DNA of 64,000 nucleotides. Source: a virus. Lineage: Duplodnaviria; Caudoviricetes. A program made the position numbers and the translations under genes. Positions 28,897 through 37,222 of the stretch are shown in pieces. The notes under the pieces are model-generated. The model was not told the origin of the DNA. It saw only the letters and a list, made by a program, of their open reading frames with translations, and ran no database searches. Where the stretch lies: the IMG/VR virus record IMGVR_UViG_3300006153_000003; one strand, 5' to 3'. Within the stretch, counting starts at the first letter, position 1. Every line of letters begins with the position of its first letter.

Positions 28897-28941
28897 AATT
28901 TACCTCCGTTTCTCCATTGAAATCCTGATTTTCAGTCTTCA

Positions 28942-29220
28942 CTAAATTTTTAATTCATGCTCTGTGATTCTCCATTCCCAACGATCACCATCACAGTCGC
29001 TATCAATAAGTGCATCACCACAAAAATCAGTTTCTTCAAAATTCCAATAGCATCCATAACCGCCATATCCGGCGTCTGCTTTTTCTTGAGACGTCTCAAG
29101 TTCTTTCATCTGATTGTTATATTCTTCTTTTACCATACTTACAGCCCTATTTCCGTCAAGGAATACTTCCGGTTCAGGTCTGTATTGTGGATTATCTCTT
29201 TCTATAATATAAATTTTCAT
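28942..29220 (-). CDS. Hypothetical phage protein
   Basis: ORF with RBS. Confidence 0.7.
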   Translation of the reverse strand: MKIYIIERDNPQYRPEPEVFLDGNRAVSMVKEEYNNQMKELETSQEKADAGYGGYGCYWNFEETDFCGDALIDSDCDGDRWEWRITEHELKI

Positions 29221-29255
29221 CTTAATATTCTCCCTTCAAATTGTGTTTTTATTGC

Positions 29256-29513
29256 CTAAATTTCCATGTGATCTACAATATTTTCATACATTACAGTATC
29301 ATGATTTACAAAGAAAATACCCAAAGCCTCTGCCATATTAATTGCATCTATAAAGCAATAATATCTTTGTCCTTCAAAATCAAATACAATTTCATATCTA
29401 CCAACTTCTTTACTAGAAATCCAGTCATCTTCTCTACTTATATCCCTATATAATTCACCATCATTATCCCAGTATTCATCTTTCCACATAATTTTTTCTC
29501 CACTCAGAATCAC
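29256..29513 (-). CDS. Hypothetical phage protein
   Basis: ORF track. Confidence 0.65.
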   Translation of the reverse strand: MILSGEKIMWKDEYWDNDGELYRDISREDDWISSKEVGRYEIVFDFEGQRYYCFIDAINMAEALGIFFVNHDTVMYENIVDHMEI

Positions 29514-29938
29514 TATTTTCTTTCCTGTTTCCTAAAACATCCATCTTCTTGACACCAATCACATTTTTCTTCTTTATTATCTTCTGCACGGAGACATTCA
29601 CTACACAACATTATCTTTTCGCCACAATGTTTGTATGTAAATTCAAATCCATCTTTTTCAGAATTCCACAATAGAACGTTTTCACTCATACAATGTGGAC
29701 AAACTTCCACTACTTCTATTAATTTGTTCTCTTTTTTAGCGTTACCTTCTTTCAAATACGATGTTATTTTCTGTGCAAGGTTCCAACTATCTTTTGCCCT
29801 ATTCGATAAACTATCAAGTATCATCTTTTCTTCATCTGGAATACTTTTAAGTATTTGAGACAACTTATCCCCATAACTCATACAAGCTGCATAAAGTAAT
29901 TGTAATTCTTCCTGTGTAAAGTTTATTTTGTTATTCAT
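29513..29938 (-). CDS. Hypothetical protein with a Cys-rich C-terminus
   Basis: CPHC...CSEC...CDWC. Confidence 0.7.
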   Translation of the reverse strand: MNNKINFTQEELQLLYAACMSYGDKLSQILKSIPDEEKMILDSLSNRAKDSWNLAQKITSYLKEGNAKKENKLIEVVEVCPHCMSENVLLWNSEKDGFEFTYKHCGEKIMLCSECLRAEDNKEEKCDWCQEDGCFRKQERK

Positions 29939-30191
29939 AGTTTACTCCTTCCATAATTCTTCTTGATTCACTTTCATTATAAAAATCATAGTCAAGATTC
30001 CATCCATCCCAGGCTGAATAAACAATCTGATTTCCAGATGGTACTTGAGTATCTATTACTTCGCACTGAAAATCAATTGCCTTCTGAACGGCAGAATCTA
30101 AATTATCCGTATTTTCTACACCTACAGGCGATCCATTCCAATCAACAAATTGATATCTTTGATATTTTTTATCTTTATCTGATAACTTCAT
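29931..30191 (-). CDS. Hypothetical phage protein
   Basis: ORF track. Confidence 0.7.
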   Translation of the reverse strand: MKLSDKDKKYQRYQFVDWNGSPVGVENTDNLDSAVQKAIDFQCEVIDTQVPSGNQIVYSAWDGWNLDYDFYNESESRRIMEGVNYE

Positions 30192-30237
30192 ACTTATAAT
30201 TCCTACTTATAAATTCACCTTTCTAATAATAAAACCA

Positions 30238-30429
30238 TTAATTCAACCCGTAAACATAGTGCATATTGTGTTCACATTTACTACATTTTTCGCAATCGTC
30301 CCATGTTCCCAGTTTTCCATATGGATCACATTTTTCATTACAATAATCCATATGTTTTCTGCAATCAGAACAATATAAAATCCCATCCGCTGTCGGTTTA
30401 CCACAAATTTCACATTTTCTATCAACCAT
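30238..30429 (-). CDS. Small Cys-rich protein
   Basis: CEIC...CSDC; GGAGG RBS. Confidence 0.65.
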   Translation of the reverse strand: MVDRKCEICGKPTADGILYCSDCRKHMDYCNEKCDPYGKLGTWDDCEKCSKCEHNMHYVYGLN

Positions 30430-30449
30430 CTATAATCATTCCTCCATTT

Positions 30450-30713
30450 CTACATCACAAAACGTACAATACCTAACTTATTAGGTAAATACATAAATTC
30501 TCCAATTCCACCATGTAACAATCTTTTCGCTTCCGTTTTTGTATAACCGATATTTTCACTACACCAATCAGAATAAAAGTCTTTTAAATTCTGATACCAT
30601 GCGCAAATTTCCGCTTTGATTCCATATCTTTTAGCATGTTTCTCAATTTTCTTTTTAATATCTTCTGTAAGACTAATGTAATTTGATAAATATTTTATGC
30701 TATCCCTATCCAT
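30450..30713 (-). CDS. Hypothetical phage protein
   Basis: ORF with RBS. Confidence 0.7.
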   Translation of the reverse strand: MDRDSIKYLSNYISLTEDIKKKIEKHAKRYGIKAEICAWYQNLKDFYSDWCSENIGYTKTEAKRLLHGGIGEFMYLPNKLGIVRFVM

Positions 30714-30749
30714 TATGATCTCTCCTCACATGAACCCATTGTTTCGTAG

Positions 30750-31094
30750 CTACCATCCCTTATATTCAACATTCATACCAAGCAACCACATATCTTTTTC
30801 GCCATTCCAAAAGCGATCTTTTAAATCTTTCAAGGACTTTTCTCCACTCTTTAATGCTTCAAAATCTGCTTTCACATCTTCATTTGTATAGTCTCTATAC
30901 TGATTCATAGAAATATCAATCCTAAATTTTTGACCACTTTCAGTCCATCTATATTTAGTTGTATTCTTTGCTATCGGATAAGCCCCTATAGTAAATCCAT
31001 ATAAATCAGGATATTCTTTAGTGTTTTTGTCTCTCCAATCTTCTAATTGAATTTCTATCCCGTTTGGCATTACTGCTCGTTCTATGACTTTCAT
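30750..31094 (-). CDS. Hypothetical phage protein
   Basis: ORF with RBS. Confidence 0.75.
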   Translation of the reverse strand: MKVIERAVMPNGIEIQLEDWRDKNTKEYPDLYGFTIGAYPIAKNTTKYRWTESGQKFRIDISMNQYRDYTNEDVKADFEALKSGEKSLKDLKDRFWNGEKDMWLLGMNVEYKGW

Positions 31095-31139
31095 ATTTCA
31101 AACCATCCTTTCTATAATATACTTCTGTGTTTGTTTTTA

Positions 31140-31202
31140 TTTATAACCACTATAAAAGGCACTAACGATATTCTTCGTTAATGCCTTCTAACTGATTATA
31201 AA
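31140..31202 (-). repeat. Repeated extended hairpin motif, copy 2
   Basis: TTTATAATC-AGTTAG-hairpin-TTATAGT-GGTTATAAA. Confidence 0.7.
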
Positions 31203-31421
31203 TTATTTCCACGTTCCACAACTTAATTTCCCCAATTGAGCGTTAACATCTTCCATACTTTCATATACAGATCTAAAATACAGAAAATCCATTTCGTAAT
31301 CTGCCGTTAACGAAAGAACGTAAGCTTTCTCTTGTTTCGTTGCTCCTTTATATGGGAGTATCATTTTTTCAAATATCGTAGCTGTATTTCCAAAATCATC
31401 ATGTAATATTTTGATTTCCAT
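31203..31421 (-). CDS. Hypothetical phage protein
   Basis: ORF with GGAGG RBS. Confidence 0.7.
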   Translation of the reverse strand: MEIKILHDDFGNTATIFEKMILPYKGATKQEKAYVLSLTADYEMDFLYFRSVYESMEDVNAQLGKLSCGTWK

Positions 31422-31448
31422 TGTAATTCCTCCGTTTAAACAGTAGTT

Positions 31449-31913
31449 TTATTCCAATATATTTTCCTCTTTAAAACTATAATAATCCGATCCTACAATA
31501 ATATTATCATATAATTGAACTCCTATTATTTCTCCAGCTTCCTTTATTCCTCTGTATACTTGCATATCTTCTCTTGATGGATTAGTATCCTGAGATGGAT
31601 GATTATGAATTAATATAATCCCAGAAGCCCCACATAATAATGCTCTTATAAAAATTTCCCTTGGTGTAACTAATGAACAATCGACCGTTCCATGTGATAT
31701 CTCAAAAACACCAAGTAATCTACACTTTACATTGAAAGCCAACATATATAAATGTTCTTCAGCCTGCCTATTCAATCTAAAAATATTATTCATCATATCA
31801 ACTATTTTTATTGGGCTATCCATCCTATCTGCAGAATAATTACAACTACTTTCTTTCACGATCATATTTTGCAAATTCTGATTCAATTCAACATTGTATT
31901 TTGTAATCCTCAT
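31449..31913 (-). CDS. RadC-like JAB/MPN domain protein
   Basis: EEHLY, HGTVD, PREIF, HNHPS...PSxxD motifs. Confidence 0.9.
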   Translation of the reverse strand: MRITKYNVELNQNLQNMIVKESSCNYSADRMDSPIKIVDMMNNIFRLNRQAEEHLYMLAFNVKCRLLGVFEISHGTVDCSLVTPREIFIRALLCGASGIILIHNHPSQDTNPSREDMQVYRGIKEAGEIIGVQLYDNIIVGSDYYSFKEENILE

Positions 31914-32391
31914 AACGTTTCTCCTCTTCTATCCTAGAAAGCATACCTTCTACCCACCTATCCACGTCTATTTCATCAAAGGATCTGCCAAATGGATAAA
32001 TCTCTTTCCCTTCTGAATCTTTCCCACTGATATAATCATTCACATCTATAAGCGTATTCATCTCGCTTATAATCTTGACACAATCGTCCCAGGCGTTTTT
32101 CAAATTCAAAAGAGCATCTTTCATACATTCACTAAGTATTCTCTTTTTACTACAAGAATCTGTATAGAATGTAATATAAAAATATCCCTCTCTTTCAAAT
32201 GAGCATTCTGCAACTTCTTCCATACTATCCAATTCATGCAAAATAACATCTATCATATTTATGACATCAATAAACTCTACTTTTAATCTTTCTACCAGAT
32301 CGCTTATATAGAATGTATAATTATCATACGTACATTCTAACATCCCGACTTTTACCATGTATTCTGCTATTTCCTTCGCCGTCATAAACAT
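31888..32391 (-). CDS. Hypothetical phage protein
   Basis: ORF track. Confidence 0.7.
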   Translation of the reverse strand: MFMTAKEIAEYMVKVGMLECTYDNYTFYISDLVERLKVEFIDVINMIDVILHELDSMEEVAECSFEREGYFYITFYTDSCSKKRILSECMKDALLNLKNAWDDCVKIISEMNTLIDVNDYISGKDSEGKEIYPFGRSFDEIDVDRWVEGMLSRIEEEKRYEDYKIQC

Positions 32392-32572
32392 TTAAGCACC
32401 TCACATTTCTATGTATCACCTTTAGCTTATCATTTCTTCTCATAACAATCAAATCCAACGACTGACCTATATACTGCCATCCGTCAGCTCTAAGGCTATT
32501 CATAAGATTTGTTTCTTCTTCTAAATTATTTACGCTGCATTCTGTTAAAATCATTCTGTTTCCTCCATTCAT
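32324..32572 (-). CDS. Hypothetical protein
   Basis: ORF track. Confidence 0.5.
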   Translation of the reverse strand: MNGGNRMILTECSVNNLEEETNLMNSLRADGWQYIGQSLDLIVMRRNDKLKVIHRNVRCLNVYDGEGNSRIHGKSRDVRMYV

Positions 32573-32745
32573 TACCTAACATATACGTTTACATCTTTCT
32601 CCAGATCATAAAACCATTTATATCCTGGATACTTTTCATCTTCACCGAAATCGATAAGATTGTACTTTTTATCCAGCTCATGCAGATCAAATTCGTTCCA
32701 ATTGCAAATTATTTTTTTGATTTTCCCTTCCATTTTTTTATCTCC

Positions 32746-32970
32746 TCAATATCCAAATACTATCCAGTGTATCAGAAACAAGATTGGAATAATTACCATA
32801 GTGGCAACTGATTTATAACAGTCTCTTTCTTCTTTTTTCTTCTGCCGTTCTTCTTCCTGGATGATTCTTCTTGCCTGATCCAAAGTGTAATAATCATATT
32901 CTGCAACAACAAAACTATTTCCTTCCATTTTTTCTTCACCTTCCTGGCATGTAATATTTTTTTCCTTCAA
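32746..32970 (-). CDS. Small membrane protein
   Basis: C-terminal hydrophobic VIIPILFLIHWIVFGY. Confidence 0.65.
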   Translation of the reverse strand: MKEKNITCQEGEEKMEGNSFVVAEYDYYTLDQARRIIQEEERQKKKEERDCYKSVATMVIIPILFLIHWIVFGY

Positions 32971-33138
32971 AGTTTATGAAGGGATTAACTCCACAACGAA
33001 TAACTACTGTATAAGTATTCTCCTGAGAATTGTATAAACTAGCCTTATTTTCTCTGCACACATCATCCGTGGAATTCAAATTGCAATAATTTAATAAATC
33101 TCTTCTATCACTCATACTTTTCACCCCTTTTATTTTGC

Positions 33139-33204
33139 TTTTATGAGCACTATAAAACGGCTATAGATATATATTCTCCATAGCCGTTCTAACTACTCAT
33201 AAAA
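33139..33204 (-). repeat. Repeated extended hairpin motif, copy 3
   Basis: TTTTATGAGT-AGTTAG-hairpin-TTATAGT-GCTCATAAAA. Confidence 0.7.
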
Positions 33205-33210
33205 TTGTTT

Positions 33211-33612
33211 TTACCGTTCCCAATAATATCTCGTTCCATCATTAAAATGAAATTGAATTCCTTCTTCTGTTGCTTTATAATCAATTACATCTTTCATATT
33301 CACACGCATATCAATACTATCTGCTACTTTATTCTCCAGGCTCTCCATGATATCCGCATAACTTCTATTCTCAGGATCGTCTAACTGATTTCCAACGTCC
33401 TTCAATTCAAAACATGGATAATCATATTCTCCTATGAAGCAACATGCAATATCTTCCAATGGAATACACTGATCAAGTGCAATGTATCCTTCCGGGATGT
33501 ATGGTATTATCTTCGTTTTTATCTGAGTAGTTCCTAAAAAGTAGGAACCAAAAATCATGGCTCCTACTGCACAAGCTTTCAAAATCTTCTTCATAGTTCT
33601 ATCCCCCTTCAA
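33211..33612 (-). CDS. Putative exported protein; C-terminus resembles that of 38569..38793
   Basis: MKKILK + hydrophobic segment; EGIQFHFNDGT vs DGLTLYFEDGT. Confidence 0.7.
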   Translation of the reverse strand: MKGDRTMKKILKACAVGAMIFGSYFLGTTQIKTKIIPYIPEGYIALDQCIPLEDIACCFIGEYDYPCFELKDVGNQLDDPENRSYADIMESLENKVADSIDMRVNMKDVIDYKATEEGIQFHFNDGTRYYWER

Positions 33613-34166
33613 AATATAAACAATGCCTTTTTATAATTTTTATCTCGGATTGTTTTCCAATTTGTAATAACTACACTTCCATCAGGTGATACAATACCTC
33701 GAAGCTCATGCCACCCTTCCGGCTTTTCAGTTACAATATCTAACCCATTTTCATATGCGTATTTTTCACATCTTTCCATTTTCTCCTGTGTTGCACTTTT
33801 CCCCGTTGCAGATTCAAAAAGACGAATTGCTTTATCAATTAATTTCTGTTTATTCTCTTCCGTGTTCTCAAACATCCAATCAAAATTGATAACACTTCCT
33901 TTTCCATCTTCTCTTATTTTTGTTTGTGGATTATATCTACCATAACATTGTCCTTCTGAGTCTCTACAATAAGTATGAATACATAAATATGTATCTAAAA
34001 TATTATCGGTATATCCTGCTTTATACCATAAATAAGGAAGAGAATTTTTGCCTCCAGGATTTTCACATTCTGTCAATTCAATCGTGAGTGTTTCTTCTTT
34101 TTGATTTAAATCTGTTACATAAATCCATGTTGTTTTTCCAGTTCTTTTTGTAGTATATTTCATCAA
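33609..34166 (-). CDS. Hypothetical phage protein
   Basis: ORF track. Confidence 0.75.
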   Translation of the reverse strand: MMKYTTKRTGKTTWIYVTDLNQKEETLTIELTECENPGGKNSLPYLWYKAGYTDNILDTYLCIHTYCRDSEGQCYGRYNPQTKIREDGKGSVINFDWMFENTEENKQKLIDKAIRLFESATGKSATQEKMERCEKYAYENGLDIVTEKPEGWHELRGIVSPDGSVVITNWKTIRDKNYKKALFIF

Positions 34167-34188
34167 AATAAATACCTACCTTCCTATC

Positions 34189-34662
34189 CTAGTAATTTTC
34201 ATCAAACCATTTTTCTGTAGCTTCTCTTTCTTTCTGATAAGTTTCCCTATCATTAAAAAGAGTTAATGTTGTGTCACCTTCACACCATGTATAGATCAGC
34301 ATTTCTTCATCATTAAATCCGAAACCAGAATAATAAAATCCATACGGGGCATAATTCAGCTTAAGATTTTCTTTATCTCTGTACCACTTTTCCAAACTAT
34401 CATAAATAAAGCCACGTAACATATAATTCCCATTTTTGTCCGTATCTTCTCCATCAAATACTGCATTGATATATTTTGCTGTATCTTCTTTAACTTGCGG
34501 ATATGCGGATAAATCTAAAGGAATGATTTCAATATCTTCTTTTTTATAATCCTCAAAAGTATACCTATCATGTGGATCATATGCCCGTGATATACACTTT
34601 TGTAAATGTTCATGATATTCATTTCTTGTCATTCTCAATTTTTCCATTATATAAATCCTCAC
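34189..34662 (-). CDS. Hypothetical phage protein
   Basis: ORF track. Confidence 0.75.
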   Translation of the reverse strand: MRIYIMEKLRMTRNEYHEHLQKCISRAYDPHDRYTFEDYKKEDIEIIPLDLSAYPQVKEDTAKYINAVFDGEDTDKNGNYMLRGFIYDSLEKWYRDKENLKLNYAPYGFYYSGFGFNDEEMLIYTWCEGDTTLTLFNDRETYQKEREATEKWFDENY

Positions 34663-34665
34663 TTT

Positions 34666-35349
34666 CTAAGTATATAGCCGCTCAGTTCCATGTTGTACAT
34701 TTTCACCTTTAAAACAATCACCGCAATATTCCCATATTTCAGAATTAACCCGTTTAAATGTGTCGAATGTATATTTTTCTTTCCCGTTCTCATCAATTCT
34801 GCTGCTAAATGGTTCTCCAACCTGTGAGCAATCGTTTCTCATACAGACAGGAGGCAAACAATCCATTAAATCATCTACAATTTCATCTTCTACAAGATCG
34901 CCAATCTCCAATGCACTTGTTCCATAATACCAATCTTTGTTATATACCATTTTTCCGTCATGTATTCGACATTCTTTCAATGCTTTTCCTTCAAAGATTG
35001 TTTCTCGAATATATACGTCATGTGTCATCCACGGTAAAGCCTGATAGCATTTCTTATATTTTTCAGCTATTTCCTTTTCTGGGAATACTATTGGATTACC
35101 AGCATGTAACGTATAATTTCCGTGATTATATACAACTTCATATCCTGTTTTTGTGATCCAGTCTGGAATATTGACTTCAATTTCATATCCTTCATCAACA
35201 CTCCATCCTACTGCCTCCGTATCATATTCACTTACAGGCTCACCAACTGCTTTATAACGATAACTTGCTACTTCTTTCTTTCCTTTCTCCGTAAGTACAA
35301 AATGTTTTCCTTTATCAGCCTGATACCATCCATCTGTTCTTAGCTTCAT
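34666..35349 (-). CDS. Hypothetical phage protein
   Basis: ORF with RBS. Confidence 0.75.
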   Translation of the reverse strand: MKLRTDGWYQADKGKHFVLTEKGKKEVASYRYKAVGEPVSEYDTEAVGWSVDEGYEIEVNIPDWITKTGYEVVYNHGNYTLHAGNPIVFPEKEIAEKYKKCYQALPWMTHDVYIRETIFEGKALKECRIHDGKMVYNKDWYYGTSALEIGDLVEDEIVDDLMDCLPPVCMRNDCSQVGEPFSSRIDENGKEKYTFDTFKRVNSEIWEYCGDCFKGENVQHGTERLYT

Positions 35350-35390
35350 TATCTCAATCCTTTCTCTTCATTATTATATATATTTCTGTT

Positions 35391-35440
35391 TTCCGTTTCG
35401 TTCATGCTTATCAGCGTCGGACTTCTACCGACGGACGGAA
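35391..35440 (-). ncRNA. Type III hammerhead-like ribozyme (minimal helix II, G8A variant)
   Basis: TTCC-GTC^-CGTCGG(TAGAAGT)CCGACG-CTGATAA-G(CATGAA)C-GAAAC-GGAA. Confidence 0.6.
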
Positions 35441-35528
35441 CATACAAGACGATGATATTTTTCTGCGTCGGTCTGACATCAAGACCTTTCATTTTTTATA
35501 GTTGTTGGTGGCAATTTCAACTTTTATA

Positions 35529-35619
35529 ACAACTTTTTAGTTGTTTTTGTTGAGATTATAATAACACAACTTTTTAGTTGTGTCAACTATATATTTGTTA
35601 TTTTCTATTTTTTAGTTGT
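35529..35619 (-). promoter_or_regulatory. sigmaA promoter with a repeated palindromic operator
   Basis: TTGACA(35581-35586)-17-TATTAT; ACAACTTTTTAGTTGT at 35529 and 35566, partial copy at 35609. Confidence 0.75.
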
Positions 35620-35663
35620 TAATTAAACAATTTAAAAAGCACTATGCAATCAATACATAATGC

Positions 35664-35876
35664 TTATTCTGCCTTGCTTCCATTAGGAAAGATAAAAAAT
35701 GAATGGTACTCACATCCCATTATAGAAGCCATCTTCTCAAGTTCATCCTGCGTAAATTTTCCAACTTTTAACCGTTTTGATATATTTTGTTGAGACATTC
35801 CCATTCTTGCGCCTAACTCAGTGACAGAAATTCCTGCCATTGCACATGCTGATTCAACTTTTTGCTTTATAGTAAT
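35664..35876 (-). CDS. 70-aa XRE/Cro HTH regulator with a probable ATT start
   Basis: AGGAGG-8nt-ATT; (M)TIKQKVESACAMAGISVTELGARMGMSQQNISKRLK... Confidence 0.8.
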   Translation of the reverse strand: MTIKQKVESACAMAGISVTELGARMGMSQQNISKRLKVGKFTQDELEKMASIMGCEYHSFFIFPNGSKAE

Positions 35877-35889
35877 CTCTCTCGCCTCC

Positions 35890-36102
35890 TCAGACTAATT
35901 TAAAATCTCTAATAATGCAATAAATACAATCATTATCATTTGTTTTTCGACATACTCTATAGCAATCACGAATATTTTTTTCTTGGTCTGTGAAATTATT
36001 CCATTCGTTTTCCGCAATTCGCACAGCTTCTTCTTCCGAATTAAATTCTTTATATTTTTTAACTTCTCCTTTTTGCTCCTCAACAATATAATATTTATCC
36101 AT
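35890..36102 (-). CDS. Hypothetical protein
   Basis: ORF with AAGGAG RBS. Confidence 0.7.
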   Translation of the reverse strand: MDKYYIVEEQKGEVKKYKEFNSEEEAVRIAENEWNNFTDQEKNIRDCYRVCRKTNDNDCIYCIIRDFKLV

Positions 36103-36284
36103 AACTCAATACTCCTTTATTTTTCTCAATTCTATTATATCAGAATTCACTACATTTTCAAGCTATTTCTTATTTAATGCTTTCAAACTACTATAAAAGG
36201 CAGATACTTTATACTTCTGTATCTGCCTTTTGTTCATTGTGTTTTCTCCCTTCAAATATCCCTTTCATCGGGTAACTAATACTA

Positions 36285-36521
36285 TTATTCTCCCAGTTCC
36301 ATTAGAAAAGAAAGATATTTTCTTAAGTCTTTTCTGATTTCTATTAATTTTCTCTCGGATTCTTCAGCTCTCTCTTCATACTCCGAAGCAATTCTATACC
36401 AAGCTTCTTCATCTTTATTTTTCGCATGACTGATAAATTCGGCTGCCGAATTTCTGTAAAATTTAAGACCTACCATTTCTGTCTCTTCTTTTCTTAGTAA
36501 CTCTAATAGTGATTTATCCAT
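36285..36521 (-). CDS. Hypothetical coiled-coil protein
   Basis: ORF with RBS. Confidence 0.7.
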   Translation of the reverse strand: MDKSLLELLRKEETEMVGLKFYRNSAAEFISHAKNKDEEAWYRIASEYEERAEESERKLIEIRKDLRKYLSFLMELGE

Positions 36522-36537
36522 AATATATTCTCCCTTC

Positions 36538-36918
36538 CTACCTAACTATTACCATCTTCGCCCCTGATGACCATGCCCTACGTTCTATAAAATCCTCTGC
36601 GCTGTCGTGCTGGCTGTCAGCTGTCGGTATCATTTCACCGTTCCTGATTTCCATAACAGACAACTGCAAAAATCCAATCTTTTGGGTAGAACGATGAAGA
36701 GCATACCGCATAAAGCTTGTATATTCCGGTTTCTCCACCTTACAAGTGTCCCAGTAAGCTATTTTATTCTTACCAGACGATATTGCATTGTATATTTTCT
36801 TCCACGTATCTTTTATGGCGCTTTCCTGTCGGTCAAGTTCTTTTTTAAGCTCTTCATTACCCATAATTTCAAATGGATTCAATGTGATTCTGGGAATCTG
36901 TATTTGCATCTGGAACAT
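36538..36918 (-). CDS. Hypothetical phage protein
   Basis: ORF with RBS. Confidence 0.7.
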   Translation of the reverse strand: MFQMQIQIPRITLNPFEIMGNEELKKELDRQESAIKDTWKKIYNAISSGKNKIAYWDTCKVEKPEYTSFMRYALHRSTQKIGFLQLSVMEIRNGEMIPTADSQHDSAEDFIERRAWSSGAKMVIVR

Positions 36919-37019
36919 TCTAAAAACCTCTCTTTCTTCCTACTACAATATATTTATGGTTAATCTCCCTTACAGCCAGTAAGGAATTACCCATCTTGTT
37001 GCTTTAGCTGTTAGAATGT

Positions 37020-37200
37020 AGAGAGCAATCGGTATATCGGATTCCTCCTTGGACTTCGCGTCCGTTAAATAGTCTGATAACCAGCTCCTCATTCGCAGCA
37101 TTCGTTTTATGCAGGTTGAACCGCCCACAAAGGTGCGTCCGCGTCACACCACAGTAGATTGAATCGGCAATGAGTAAAACTGGTCCTTACCATTGCTTAC
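37020..37200 (+). ncRNA. Putative IS110 bridge RNA (left-end non-coding region)
   Basis: Internal-loop stem TATCGGA/TCTGATA containing TAAATAG, complementary to the right flank CTATTTA; TGCAGG and ACAG match the donor junction. Confidence 0.55.
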
Positions 37201-37222
37201 AATAGAAGGAGTGACATAATAT

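Noticed and set aside
419-36982. Numerous plus-strand ORFs antisense to the left-arm genes
   Set aside because: Shadow frames rich in Ser/Phe/Ile/Leu, with no RBS, fully overlapping better genes
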